Source of the DNA: Bacillota bacterium
GTDB taxonomy: Bacteria > Bacillota > Clostridia > Christensenellales > SZUA-584
Direction: 5' to 3'
DNA length: 64,000 nucleotides
NCBI GenBank assembly: GCA_023415915.1
Contig: JAEZIZ010000096.1
Coordinates: 217-64,216, forward strand
Shown here in pieces: positions 28,756 to 37,684 of this stretch (position 1 is the first letter of the stretch; each line of letters begins with the position of its first letter). The position numbers and the translations under genes are program-made. Below the pieces are notes generated by a model that ran no database searches, had not been told where the DNA came from, and was given only the letters and a program-made list of their open reading frames with translations.

Positions 28756-29491
28756 CACCATTGAAGCTGGAATGCGAAAGCTGAAGCTTGGAGGATTGGC
28801 CAGAGACTGGCGCAGCGTGCCTTTTGAAAATACTGAACAGTACGTTGCCGCGCTGCTCGATCTGGAATTGAAAGAGCGCGAAGTCAACCGAATTAACCGC
28901 ATGGTGCGCATTGCCGGGTTCAACGTGATGAAAACGCTGGACGATTTCGTCTGGTCGAAAGTGATTGAGCTTCCCAACGGCCTGACTCGCGAATACATGG
29001 AAGAGCTATGCTTTATCCCAAAAAAGGAAAACCTGATCTTCCTCGGTTCTGTCGGCACCGGCAAGACCCACTTGGCGACGGCGATTGCGCTCAAAGCTTG
29101 CGAGCAGGGTAAGCAGACACGTTTTTTCACAGCAGCTTCGCTGGCTAATATCCTCTTGGAGAAGAACCAGAAAGGCACGCTCAATGCTTACCTGGGTTCT
29201 CTGAAAAACGTGGAACTCATGGTGATTGACGAGATTGGTTTTGTCCCTCTGCACAAGGACGCCGCTGAATTACTGTTTCAGGTAATTTCAGACTGCTATG
29301 AGCGCAAAAGTCTGATCATTACCTCCAACCTGGAGTTCTCTGGCTGGAACACGGTATTCGGGGAAAACCGCCTGACCGCTGCCTTGATTGACCGGCTGAT
29401 CCACCATTCTCACATTGTGATCTTCACCGGCGAGAGCTACCGCCTGACACAATCCATGCAGCGCCAGCAGGCAAGGAAAGAAATGAGGTGA
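28748..29491 (+). CDS. istB: IS21-family helper ATPase IstB
   Basis: AAA+/DnaC-like Walker A GSVGTGKTHLA and Walker B MVIDEIG. GGGAGG SD. Overlaps the istA stop. Confidence 0.9.
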   Translation: MFDTIEAGMRKLKLGGLARDWRSVPFENTEQYVAALLDLELKEREVNRINRMVRIAGFNVMKTLDDFVWSKVIELPNGLTREYMEELCFIPKKENLIFLGSVGTGKTHLATAIALKACEQGKQTRFFTAASLANILLEKNQKGTLNAYLGSLKNVELMVIDEIGFVPLHKDAAELLFQVISDCYERKSLIITSNLEFSGWNTVFGENRLTAALIDRLIHHSHIVIFTGESYRLTQSMQRQQARKEMR

Positions 29492-29604
29492 TATGACGAT
29501 TCCCAACGGGTCCACGGGCCTTACTTGTGCAAATGGCCCTCTGTCGCACAAAAGGCCCTCACTTGTGCATCTGGACCCGACTCTACTTTTATGGACGCTG
29601 GCTA

Positions 29605-29655
29605 GTGCTAAACTTTTTGGGGTCCTTTTGCTGAACTTTTGGATTGACAAACACA
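29605..29655 (-). repeat. IS21-family right terminal inverted repeat
   Basis: Its reverse complement tgtgtttgtcaatccaaaagttcagcaaaaggaccccaaaaagtttagcac matches the left IR. Confidence 0.8.
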
Positions 29656-29662
29656 CAGAAAC
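29656..29662. repeat. IS21 target-site duplication, right copy (CAGAAAC)
   Basis: Matches 27108-27114. Confidence 0.75.
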
Positions 29663-29737
29663 AGAAAGCATATAATTATAGTTCTATTTTTTGATAATTA
29701 CATTGTTAATAATTGTGAACGAGTACGCTTATAAACA

Positions 29738-29769
29738 AAGCTGACATCGTACAAAAATGATGCCAGCTT
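29738..29769 (-). terminator. Candidate terminator after the island ABC ATPase gene
   Basis: 11-bp stem (AAGCTGGCATC/GATGTCAGCTT on the minus strand, one G-U pair) followed by TGTTTAT. Confidence 0.4.
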
Positions 29770-29889
29770 ATATAATTGCAATCCCATAGAGTCATTTGTA
29801 CCTGTCTAATAACCTTGGAACAGGGCATTAACTGGTAGATTGATTTTAGACTTTATAAATTGCAAAATGTATGATAATATCTTTTTCTG

Positions 29890-31005
29890 TTATCCGATTC
29901 TTTTTTCCGTCGCTTTATCAAAGATATGTATCAACTCGCGTTGAAATTTTAGCTGTAATGGGGTCTTCATAGGTATTCCCGTCCTGAATCTCTGCGGCAA
30001 GTCGACTGTATCAACGCGCACGACGGTGTCCCTTCCCTGAACGTCAACATGCAGATATATCTCGCTGCCCATAAGCTCAGAAATCATGACCGAACATGGT
30101 ATCAGATCGTCGTCGCCCTGCTCACAGACAGATATGTGCTCGGGTCTAATACCCAGTATCACATCTTTTTCGGCTTCTTCGTCTTTTAATGTTCGTTGTA
30201 AGCCTTCGCTGAGCTCGATTTTTGTGCAATCAAGTGATGCATAATATTTTCCTTTTATTTTTTCCAGTCTTGCATCAAAGAAGTTCATTTGAGGCGTTCC
30301 GATAAAGCCTGCTACAAACATGTTTGCAGGCGTATTAAACACTTCCTGAGGGGTACCAATCTGCTGTATGAGTCCGTCTTTCATAATGACTATCCTGTCG
30401 CCCAAAGTCATCGCTTCTATCTGATCATGAGTTACATAAATAAACGTGGTATTTAGCTTTTTGCGCAACAGTATTAATTCAGCACGCATCTGATTTCTCA
30501 GTTTTGCGTCAAGGTTAGATAGAGGCTCGTCCATTAAAAATACTTTCGGTTCGCGTACAATGGCACGGCCTATGGCTACTCTTTGCCTCTGTCCGCCCGA
30601 AAGAGCTTTTGGTCTCCTTTTTAACAAATCAGTAATTCCCAGTATCTCCGCTGCTTCCTTAACCTTCTTATCTATTACTGCTTTATTGACATGACGCAGC
30701 TTTAATGAGAAAGCCATATTTTCATATACAGTCATATGAGGATATAGCGCATAATTCTGAAATACCATTGCAATATCCCTGTCTTTAGGCGCGATATCGT
30801 TAACAAGCTTGTCATCTATATATATTTCACCTTCGGTAATCTCTTCAAGTCCGGCAATCATACGAAGAGTAGTGGACTTCCCACAGCCTGAAGGGCCAAC
30901 CAACACAATAAATTCCTTGTCTTCGATTTCAAGGTTAAAATCCTGTACTACCGGGGAGTTCTTCGTGTATTCCTTCTTCAAGTTTCTTAATGAAAGTTTC
31001 GCCAT
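29890..31005 (-). CDS. Carbohydrate ABC transporter ATP-binding protein (MsmK/MsmX/UgpC/MalK type)
   Basis: GPSGCGKST Walker A, LSGGQRQR signature, C-terminal TOBE-like regulatory domain. Confidence 0.9.
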   Translation of the reverse strand: MAKLSLRNLKKEYTKNSPVVQDFNLEIEDKEFIVLVGPSGCGKSTTLRMIAGLEEITEGEIYIDDKLVNDIAPKDRDIAMVFQNYALYPHMTVYENMAFSLKLRHVNKAVIDKKVKEAAEILGITDLLKRRPKALSGGQRQRVAIGRAIVREPKVFLMDEPLSNLDAKLRNQMRAELILLRKKLNTTFIYVTHDQIEAMTLGDRIVIMKDGLIQQIGTPQEVFNTPANMFVAGFIGTPQMNFFDARLEKIKGKYYASLDCTKIELSEGLQRTLKDEEAEKDVILGIRPEHISVCEQGDDDLIPCSVMISELMGSEIYLHVDVQGRDTVVRVDTVDLPQRFRTGIPMKTPLQLKFQRELIHIFDKATEKRIG

Positions 31006-31251
31006 ATGTACAGCTTTGATAGTCTGGCATTCGCCTCACTATCTCACATATGCAGAGCTAACCCGCATATGCTTTACGACAGGTCTCCACACTGCCGCAC
31101 CGCAAGCTAACGGATATACTTACCTCCTTTTTTATAGTATGCACAAACCCGTTTGGTGGAGTGGTCATGCGCAACTTTTTTTATACTTGATGTGTCTATC
31201 CGGATTACTCTCCGGCGCCTGTTGCTGCTTATCAGCAACTCACTTTCCTTA

Positions 31252-32133
31252 TTAATATTCTTTTTTTCTTGCCGACTCTATTTCATCGCTCCAGTCAAGA
31301 TGTTTATATTCCGCCGCTTCGGGCGCGTCCTTTATCCAATCGATAAAATCGTTCATGATGTCAAGGCTCCATATATCTGTGTCTATCTGAGCCGTTGTGT
31401 ATGTCTTATCTGCAAGCCTTTTAAATCCGAATATGTCCCTTAGGTGGGATTTCTCTGCCCTGACGACAACTGGCTCCACAAGGTGAGAAGGTATAAAGAT
31501 AACTCCGGAAATAGTTCCCAGCACGACGTCACCCGGCATGCATATGGCGTTGCCGATACGGCACGGCACATTCATACCCACCATTGTAGAATCTTCAATC
31601 GGCGTGGGGTCAATCCCTCTGTAATACACTTGGTATCCGTCGATTTTGACTATCTGTTCAAGATCTCTAATACCGCCCCATATCACGGCGCCTCCGTTTT
31701 TCGTGCGCGATTTTATCGCAGTTGAAAGGTTTCCTCCTACATATGTACCCTGGAAAATCTTATCAAACATATCAACTACGACTACGTCGTTTTCCACAAG
31801 GCTATCTACTACCCATTGGTTAAAATCACCGACGCGGCCTTCGTGTGTATGCCCATATTTCATCAAATAATCATGAAGATCAGGCCTTTTGGGCACCATT
31901 ACGGCTGTTACTGCACGCCCTACAAGCTGTACTCCCGGGTGCGACATCTTAAACCCGCCCTCATACTGAAACTTATACCCTCTCAGCCATAGCGCATGCC
32001 ACGCTTCTTCCAGCGTAATTTTCCGCACTCGGCGTAAAAGATCGTCGCTGACCTTTGGCCTTCCGTTTTCAAACCTTTCCCCTTTCCATTCCTGTGTCAG
32101 CTGTATAATGTCTTCTTTGCAATCAAACTTCAT
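31252..32133 (-). CDS. RraA-family protein (putative class II pyruvate aldolase / oxaloacetate decarboxylase-like), long form
   Basis: GRAVTA...GGNLSTAIKSRTKNGGAVIWGGIRD matches the RraA/HMG-aldolase core. At 293 aa it has N- and C-terminal extensions. Confidence 0.6.
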   Translation of the reverse strand: MKFDCKEDIIQLTQEWKGERFENGRPKVSDDLLRRVRKITLEEAWHALWLRGYKFQYEGGFKMSHPGVQLVGRAVTAVMVPKRPDLHDYLMKYGHTHEGRVGDFNQWVVDSLVENDVVVVDMFDKIFQGTYVGGNLSTAIKSRTKNGGAVIWGGIRDLEQIVKIDGYQVYYRGIDPTPIEDSTMVGMNVPCRIGNAICMPGDVVLGTISGVIFIPSHLVEPVVVRAEKSHLRDIFGFKRLADKTYTTAQIDTDIWSLDIMNDFIDWIKDAPEAAEYKHLDWSDEIESARKKEY

Positions 32134-32182
32134 AGGTTTTTTACCTTTCGTCTTCGGTTATATATTTGGTATCGTAATGCTT

Positions 32183-33403
32183 TTACAGTACTCCCGGGGA
32201 AGTCCAATAAGCTGCGGGCGCTTCTTCCCATAGAGGCATGCTCAAACCGCCCGGATCGAACACTATCTTTCCATTCCTCAGCGTCATCACGCATTCAAGC
32301 TTTTTATCTCCGTTAAGTCTTGCATTACCGCAGTCTGCGTAGCTGAAACTGCCTTCAAGCAGTTTTAACACAGCGATGTCCGCGCAGCTTCCCACTGACA
32401 GATTGCCAAGTTCAGGATGGCCGAAAATCTTTGCAGGGAACACGGTAGTCCTCGCTATGACTTCATTAAGCGGCATCCCGATGCAAAGATACTTTGACAT
32501 TATATTAAGTACATTAAGCGCTGCACCGTGTATGTTCTCCATGTAAAGATCGCTTGAAAGCGTATCAGGCCCGAATCCGTCCCTGTACGCAGGAACCGCG
32601 TTTCTGAACCAGAAGCTCCCCGCTCCATGGCCGAGATCAAAGAGCACGCCCCGTTCTCTCGCTTCAAGTATAAAATCGTTGACGCGCATTTCCTTATTCA
32701 GCACCGGAAACTGCTGGGCGTACATGTGCGTGTGTATGTCCCCTTTGCGAAGCCTTTTCAACAAATCCCGATACGTACGCTGCTCCTTATATGGATAAAA
32801 GTCCACCATAAGAGGTTTTCCGCACATTTCGGCGGCTTCCAGCGATGCTTCTACGGAAGCCCACGGAGGATGTTCGGCATCGAACGGGCGCATCGTCCAA
32901 TAATGCGCGGTCTTTACGGCTACCACAATATCCGAATATGCTTTTGCAATCTCGGCTACGACGCCTTTGTTGAATTCACTAGGCTTTTGTTCGGACGCCA
33001 TCTGCACCATACCGCCCGCCGCTATATTCAGCATGGCGAGTACTCTGGCTTCCGATTGGTCGATGACCTGTTCTTTGAAGTGGAAGAAGTCGCGCCATCC
33101 GCATGTGCCTGCGTCGATAGCGGTTACAACGCCCGCCTGCAGCATGTGCGCGTCCGCGTTGATGTTGTAGAGCTTGTCCTTCTGTTGAGGGAAGCTCGGA
33201 TATATATGGCAGTGACAGTCGATAAGTCCAGGTGTGACTATATACCCGGAGAGATTTACCGTCTTGTCGGCCAAGTCCGCGATATCCTTTTCAACCTTTT
33301 CAACTTTTCCGCCGGAGATCGCGATATCGTATATCCCATCGAGTCCGTTTGCCGGATCGATAAGCCTCCCTCCCTTTAGAAGGAGCTCGTATTTTTGTTT
33401 CAT
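32183..33403 (-). CDS. Amidohydrolase-superfamily metallohydrolase (deacetylase/dihydroorotase-like)
   Basis: Start at MKQKYELLLKGG (GGGAGAG SD). PGLIDCHCH HxH metal motif, later H and D ligands. Confidence 0.75.
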   Translation of the reverse strand: MKQKYELLLKGGRLIDPANGLDGIYDIAISGGKVEKVEKDIADLADKTVNLSGYIVTPGLIDCHCHIYPSFPQQKDKLYNINADAHMLQAGVVTAIDAGTCGWRDFFHFKEQVIDQSEARVLAMLNIAAGGMVQMASEQKPSEFNKGVVAEIAKAYSDIVVAVKTAHYWTMRPFDAEHPPWASVEASLEAAEMCGKPLMVDFYPYKEQRTYRDLLKRLRKGDIHTHMYAQQFPVLNKEMRVNDFILEARERGVLFDLGHGAGSFWFRNAVPAYRDGFGPDTLSSDLYMENIHGAALNVLNIMSKYLCIGMPLNEVIARTTVFPAKIFGHPELGNLSVGSCADIAVLKLLEGSFSYADCGNARLNGDKKLECVMTLRNGKIVFDPGGLSMPLWEEAPAAYWTSPGVL

Positions 33404-33450
33404 TTCTCTCTCCCTTTTAATCGTACAAATGAATAATAATGCTTTTACTG

Positions 33451-34455
33451 TTATACAATATGTCCAGCAGCCACCGCGCACGAGGCGTTTGCTAAAGCGG
33501 CGCTGCTGCAGGCAACGAGCGAATTTTTAGTTATCCGAAGGCTCGTCACGTTGCCGCTCTTCTGGTTGCAGCAGATTAAATAGTCCTCTTTCTCGCTCAG
33601 CGTTATCCATCTGGGCCAACTACCGCCGCATCCAGACTCGAATAATACATGCGGTTCCGCCGTGTTTACGTCTATCGCGGCTATAGTATCCGCGCCCCTG
33701 TTCGCCACATAAAGCACTCCGCTGCTTGAAAGGCATGCCGCGCCGGGATAATTTGTAATGCCGCGCTCGGTCGTACGCAATTCCGATATGACATTTGGCG
33801 TGCCCGAGATATCAAGTATGCTTACCGTGCTGTTAAGCTCGCCTATAATATAGGCTGACTTTCTGCTTTCAGACAGTATTACCTGCCTCGGGCCGCTTCC
33901 GGCCTCAATAGCGGTACTGCCGAGCAGTTCGCCGTCCGCCGCCCTTCGCCACAGCAGCATATCGAGTCCTAAATCCGCAACGCAAAGCGTTTTTTCAGCT
34001 CCCTGTAAAGCCTCGCGTCTTTCAGGAAAGCCGGTATAAACTTCCGCGCTCCAATGCGCATGGGGCTGGGCCTGACTGTCGGAAGCGTTGCGATGCATCC
34101 ACAGCACTTTTGTAAGCGCAGCGTCTGCCGCAAACACATCACCGCTTCCGTAGCAGCACCCAACGACTGTTTCACGACTGGCAAGCAGGTGGCAAAGTCC
34201 CGAACATCCGTCGATGCTGATTTGGCTGTCTATATAAAGCCGTCCGCCATCTCCCTTGATAAACAACACTGACGCGCCCGAGTCATATTCCTGCGCGGCA
34301 TATACTCCGTCCTCGCCCGGGCAGAGAAACGAAGGGTTCCTGCCAATACGCAGCCCGGTTTTTATCTCAAGGCTTCCGTAATTATCCATGCTTAGCAGAA
34401 GCAGGTCGTTGCCTTTGTCGGCGCTGTAGCCGCTTGCCAGCCAATAGCCGCACAT
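33451..34455 (-). CDS. 7-bladed beta-propeller lactonase (6-phosphogluconolactonase/YbhE-like)
   Basis: ADLGLD, GSGPRQ, YVANRGADTIAAIDV and PRWITL blocks match the lactonase propeller family pattern. Confidence 0.7.
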   Translation of the reverse strand: MCGYWLASGYSADKGNDLLLLSMDNYGSLEIKTGLRIGRNPSFLCPGEDGVYAAQEYDSGASVLFIKGDGGRLYIDSQISIDGCSGLCHLLASRETVVGCCYGSGDVFAADAALTKVLWMHRNASDSQAQPHAHWSAEVYTGFPERREALQGAEKTLCVADLGLDMLLWRRAADGELLGSTAIEAGSGPRQVILSESRKSAYIIGELNSTVSILDISGTPNVISELRTTERGITNYPGAACLSSSGVLYVANRGADTIAAIDVNTAEPHVLFESGCGGSWPRWITLSEKEDYLICCNQKSGNVTSLRITKNSLVACSSAALANASCAVAAGHIV

Positions 34456-34458
34456 AAC

Positions 34459-34926
34459 TTACTCCGCCTCGACTATTACCTCTACCTCGACAGGTATATT
34501 GTTGTTAGGCATGTTATGCGTTCCCATAACCGTACACGCATGATATCCGCGCTCTTCAAGCGCCTCTGCAATGGTATCGGAAAATCCGTCCATGACGCCG
34601 TCCACATCGCAGAATCCTTCCGCACAGTTAACAAGCGCAAACACTTTTACAAACTTCTTTACCTTGTCAAGCGTACCTAAAATGTCTTTTAATGCGCCGA
34701 GTATAATTATCGCGCATTCTCTTGCAGCCGCGTAGCCTTCCTCAAAGGTAAGATCTTTGCCTATACGCCCTTTATAGATAGGTTCTCCGGTAATGGCGTC
34801 CTCCGGACCGTGTCCCGATACATATATCAGGCCATCCACACGGCGGAAGAGCACTATACCCCTCTTTTTCTTGTAAACAGGCTCTGTTTCCTTTCCATCT
34901 ACAATTACTTTATTTATGCTGTCCAT
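34459..34926 (-). CDS. RidA/YjgF/Rid-family protein (paralog 1)
   Basis: 155 aa. YVSGHGP...GKIG...ARECAIIILG...VDGFSD...HACTVMG pattern typical of the Rid family. Confidence 0.75.
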   Translation of the reverse strand: MDSINKVIVDGKETEPVYKKKRGIVLFRRVDGLIYVSGHGPEDAITGEPIYKGRIGKDLTFEEGYAAARECAIIILGALKDILGTLDKVKKFVKVFALVNCAEGFCDVDGVMDGFSDTIAEALEERGYHACTVMGTHNMPNNNIPVEVEVIVEAE

Positions 34927-34942
34927 CAGGCTATCCCTCCGC

Positions 34943-35410
34943 TTACTTTCTAATGCGGATTATCGCGTCGACGACAACCGGCACGTTCATAGGAAGCGCA
35001 AACGCTCCCATAGCCGAGCGCGCATGCTGTCCGCGCCTTCCAAACACCTCTACCATCAGATCGGAAAAACCGTTTATTACAGCCGGCTGAGATGAGAAAT
35101 CTCCCGCACTGTTTACCAGGCCAAGCACCTTAACAAAATAATCCACTCTGTCCAGCTCGCCTATGTAGTCCTTTATGGTCGCCAGCATGTTGATCCCGCA
35201 AAGCCTCGCAGCCTGATAAGCTTCTTCCTGGCTTACGGTATCGCCAACTTTACCTACATAAACAGGCTTTCCCTCGGCATCGACCGGCAAATGTGCCGAA
35301 ACGTACAGCATATCACCATGAATCACAGCATCTACGACTCCACTTCCCCTACGGTCCTTTGAAGGAAGCTTTATGCCCAACTGTTCCAATCGTTTTCCTG
35401 TTTCGCTCAT
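34943..35410 (-). CDS. RidA/YjgF/Rid-family protein (paralog 2)
   Basis: 155 aa. Colinear with paralog 1 (YVSAHLP...GKVG...ARLCGINMLA...INGFSD...HARSAMG). Confidence 0.75.
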   Translation of the reverse strand: MSETGKRLEQLGIKLPSKDRRGSGVVDAVIHGDMLYVSAHLPVDAEGKPVYVGKVGDTVSQEEAYQAARLCGINMLATIKDYIGELDRVDYFVKVLGLVNSAGDFSSQPAVINGFSDLMVEVFGRRGQHARSAMGAFALPMNVPVVVDAIIRIRK

Positions 35411-35430
35411 TTTTTAACTCCTTTCGTTTT

Positions 35431-36666
35431 TTATAATTCTGTACACATCTTAAACAGGTCGTACAGCAATATCACACAGCGTGGTACATGATAAGGCCCT
35501 TTGCCCTCAAACCCCTTGTTATCCAGGAGCATCCTGTTGTCGTGTGAAAGTATGCTGAACCATTCCCCGTTTTCGTGATCCCTGAAGTGCTTATCGACGT
35601 AATCGTGAAGCTTCTTAAAGTAGGTAAAATGCCTCTCGTTACCGTTAAGCAAAGCGCTCAGCGCCAAAGCGTTAAGGCCTTCCGCCTGCGTCCACCAGAC
35701 CTTGTCATGCCAATCTGCTATTGTCCCGGCATAATTTTGAGTACGCTGGGCATCTTTCGGAACTCGGTTCTCCACATCAAGCAGAAGTATGAATCCGCCG
35801 TTCTCCTCGTCGTAGCCGCGATCTATTATCCAGTCCAGAACTTCGCCTGCCCTCTTTATTATATTTTTATCGTTGAGTTCCATACCGGCACGCAGCGAGA
35901 ACCAGCACGACTCAAGAGCGTGACCGGGGTCCATTATCCTTCCCTGGTCGCGGAGCAGAGGCTTGCCGTCGGCGCCTACGTTCTCAAACACTGCTTTATA
36001 TTCATCGTTTGCGAATACATACATTGCGTTATGAAGCCTATATTTCAGCTCATCCGCATAGCGCTCGCCAAATAAGCGCATTCCCTCAATCGAAGCGAGC
36101 AGCGTCATAAAGTTGACCGCGTGGTTGCGAAAAGCCGAAGGCAGCCCTTCCTTTTCCAGCAGCGCCGTGTCTCTGGCGTTCTTAAATACCGTATCCGTAA
36201 GCTCGGCTGCAAACTTTAGCTGTTCGTCGGTGCGCTCATCGCCAAGCGCGACAAGGTACTCGTAATAACCCTTTATCGCGAAAACATCGTTGAAAAGGTT
36301 TGTTCCCGAATCGATGACGGAACCGTCACGTGCCATGGTGCCGTTAAAGCGTCCGTTACCCTTATAAGCGTACTTTTTCATCCACTCAACGCCCTCGGCA
36401 GCGATGCTCAGCCATTGGGGCCGTTTTTCAACGGTATTGTAGAGATACGAGAATGTGTAGATGTTGCGGCCTACGAACCATCCGGGCTTAACATCTTTAA
36501 ACACGTTTCCCTTTCTGTCGAAGCAGCTTAAATATCCCCCGTACTCGCGGTCTACAATCCTGGGCTCCCAGAACGGTACTATATCCTCGAGCAGTTCGCT
36601 CTTGTAATAATCGTACAAAGATTTCAGTTCTTCCTTGTGTGCAGTGATAAAATTTTTGTCAAACAT
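35431..36666 (-). CDS. AGE-family (N-acylglucosamine 2-epimerase-like) epimerase/isomerase
   Basis: 411 aa. Alpha/alpha-barrel pattern with repeated aromatic/His motifs (WEPR..D.EYGG; HALESCWF; WWTQAEG). Confidence 0.7.
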   Translation of the reverse strand: MFDKNFITAHKEELKSLYDYYKSELLEDIVPFWEPRIVDREYGGYLSCFDRKGNVFKDVKPGWFVGRNIYTFSYLYNTVEKRPQWLSIAAEGVEWMKKYAYKGNGRFNGTMARDGSVIDSGTNLFNDVFAIKGYYEYLVALGDERTDEQLKFAAELTDTVFKNARDTALLEKEGLPSAFRNHAVNFMTLLASIEGMRLFGERYADELKYRLHNAMYVFANDEYKAVFENVGADGKPLLRDQGRIMDPGHALESCWFSLRAGMELNDKNIIKRAGEVLDWIIDRGYDEENGGFILLLDVENRVPKDAQRTQNYAGTIADWHDKVWWTQAEGLNALALSALLNGNERHFTYFKKLHDYVDKHFRDHENGEWFSILSHDNRMLLDNKGFEGKGPYHVPRCVILLYDLFKMCTEL

Positions 36667-37684
36667 TGCTGTCCTCTCCTTCGCTCATGAAGTATCTCGT
36701 CATCGTTTCATTTATCCTTTTTGATATCATATACAGCTCTTCGCTGTCCAACCCCTCGTTGCTGTGCTCTATAGCGTTTATCAGCGCACCTTGTACCGGT
36801 TCGCCGTCAAGAAGCTGTATGGCGGAATGCGGGCAAAACCTTTTTACCGACTCTTTATAGGAGTTCAGCAAATAGCCGCTGTCATCTGTTACGTAAATTG
36901 TGCCGGAGAGAACGATAGGTATCCGGGCGTTACATAGCCCTGCCTTTTCGATAAGCCCTCCGGTCATCCTTCCCTGCTCCCATCCCGCAGTCTCCAGTAT
37001 CCTTCGCGATACGGCGTCTCCCTCTTTTGCAAGCTCGACAACGAGTTTTGGTACTGAGAAGTCGTATTGTAACGTATAGCCGCTTTTTATTATGTCTTCC
37101 GCAAGTTGCTGCCATGAGCTGTACCCGCAATGACCGCACAGCCTGTCTTCCAGCATTGTTTTATCGCCCGTATGCTCATAGCTCCTGAACGCGTCGTTTA
37201 AAGCCATATCCGTTATCATCCTGCCCCCGCCGAAATTGCCGAGAGGGTATTTATACGCGTTTATGTATACCTTCCTATTCCCGGGAGCAAGCACGCCCGT
37301 ATTGTGCCCCGTGCCGCAAACGGATACCGCACCTACGTTCTCAACTGTTTTTGCCTTGTACGCTATCCATATATCGTTCTCTATCTCGTAAGGCAGCTCT
37401 TTTAGCAGCGTAGTATCAAACGCTTGTTTTAAAAGCCGTATGTCGCTCTCGTTGTCAGCTCCTGCAAGCCCCATATACACGTTGCTGATATCACCTGGCG
37501 AAACGCCGAGGTTATTAACCAATGTCTCTACAGCTTCCGCGATATACGCCCGCGTTTGTTCCAGCCCGCTGATATAAGGGTTCGTGCAGCCGGTCTTATA
37601 TACCTTAAGCACCTCTCCGTCTGCCGATGCGGCAGCACAAAGTGTCTTTGTTCCTCCGCCGTCTATTCCTATTACATATTTCAT
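36659..37684 (-). CDS. BadF/BadG/BcrA/BcrD-type ATPase, N-acetylglucosamine-kinase-like sugar kinase
   Basis: Start at MKYVIGIDGGGTKT (ASKHA phosphate-1 motif). ATGA overlap with the upstream gene. Confidence 0.75.
   Translation of the reverse strand: MKYVIGIDGGGTKTLCAAASADGEVLKVYKTGCTNPYISGLEQTRAYIAEAVETLVNNLGVSPGDISNVYMGLAGADNESDIRLLKQAFDTTLLKELPYEIENDIWIAYKAKTVENVGAVSVCGTGHNTGVLAPGNRKVYINAYKYPLGNFGGGRMITDMALNDAFRSYEHTGDKTMLEDRLCGHCGYSSWQQLAEDIIKSGYTLQYDFSVPKLVVELAKEGDAVSRRILETAGWEQGRMTGGLIEKAGLCNARIPIVLSGTIYVTDDSGYLLNSYKESVKRFCPHSAIQLLDGEPVQGALINAIEHSNEGLDSEELYMISKRINETMTRYFMSEGEDSNV

Larger units (their letters stand above)
27115..29655 (+). mobile_element. IS21-family insertion sequence (2541 bp, istA-istB)
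   Basis: TGT...ACA termini, ~50-bp imperfect terminal inverted repeats, overlapping istA/istB genes, 7-bp direct target repeats. Confidence 0.9.

Noticed and set aside
29493-29675. 60-aa ORF after istB
   Set aside because: It lies within the IS21 right-end repeat region, which holds the IR and internal binding-site repeats, and has no SD.
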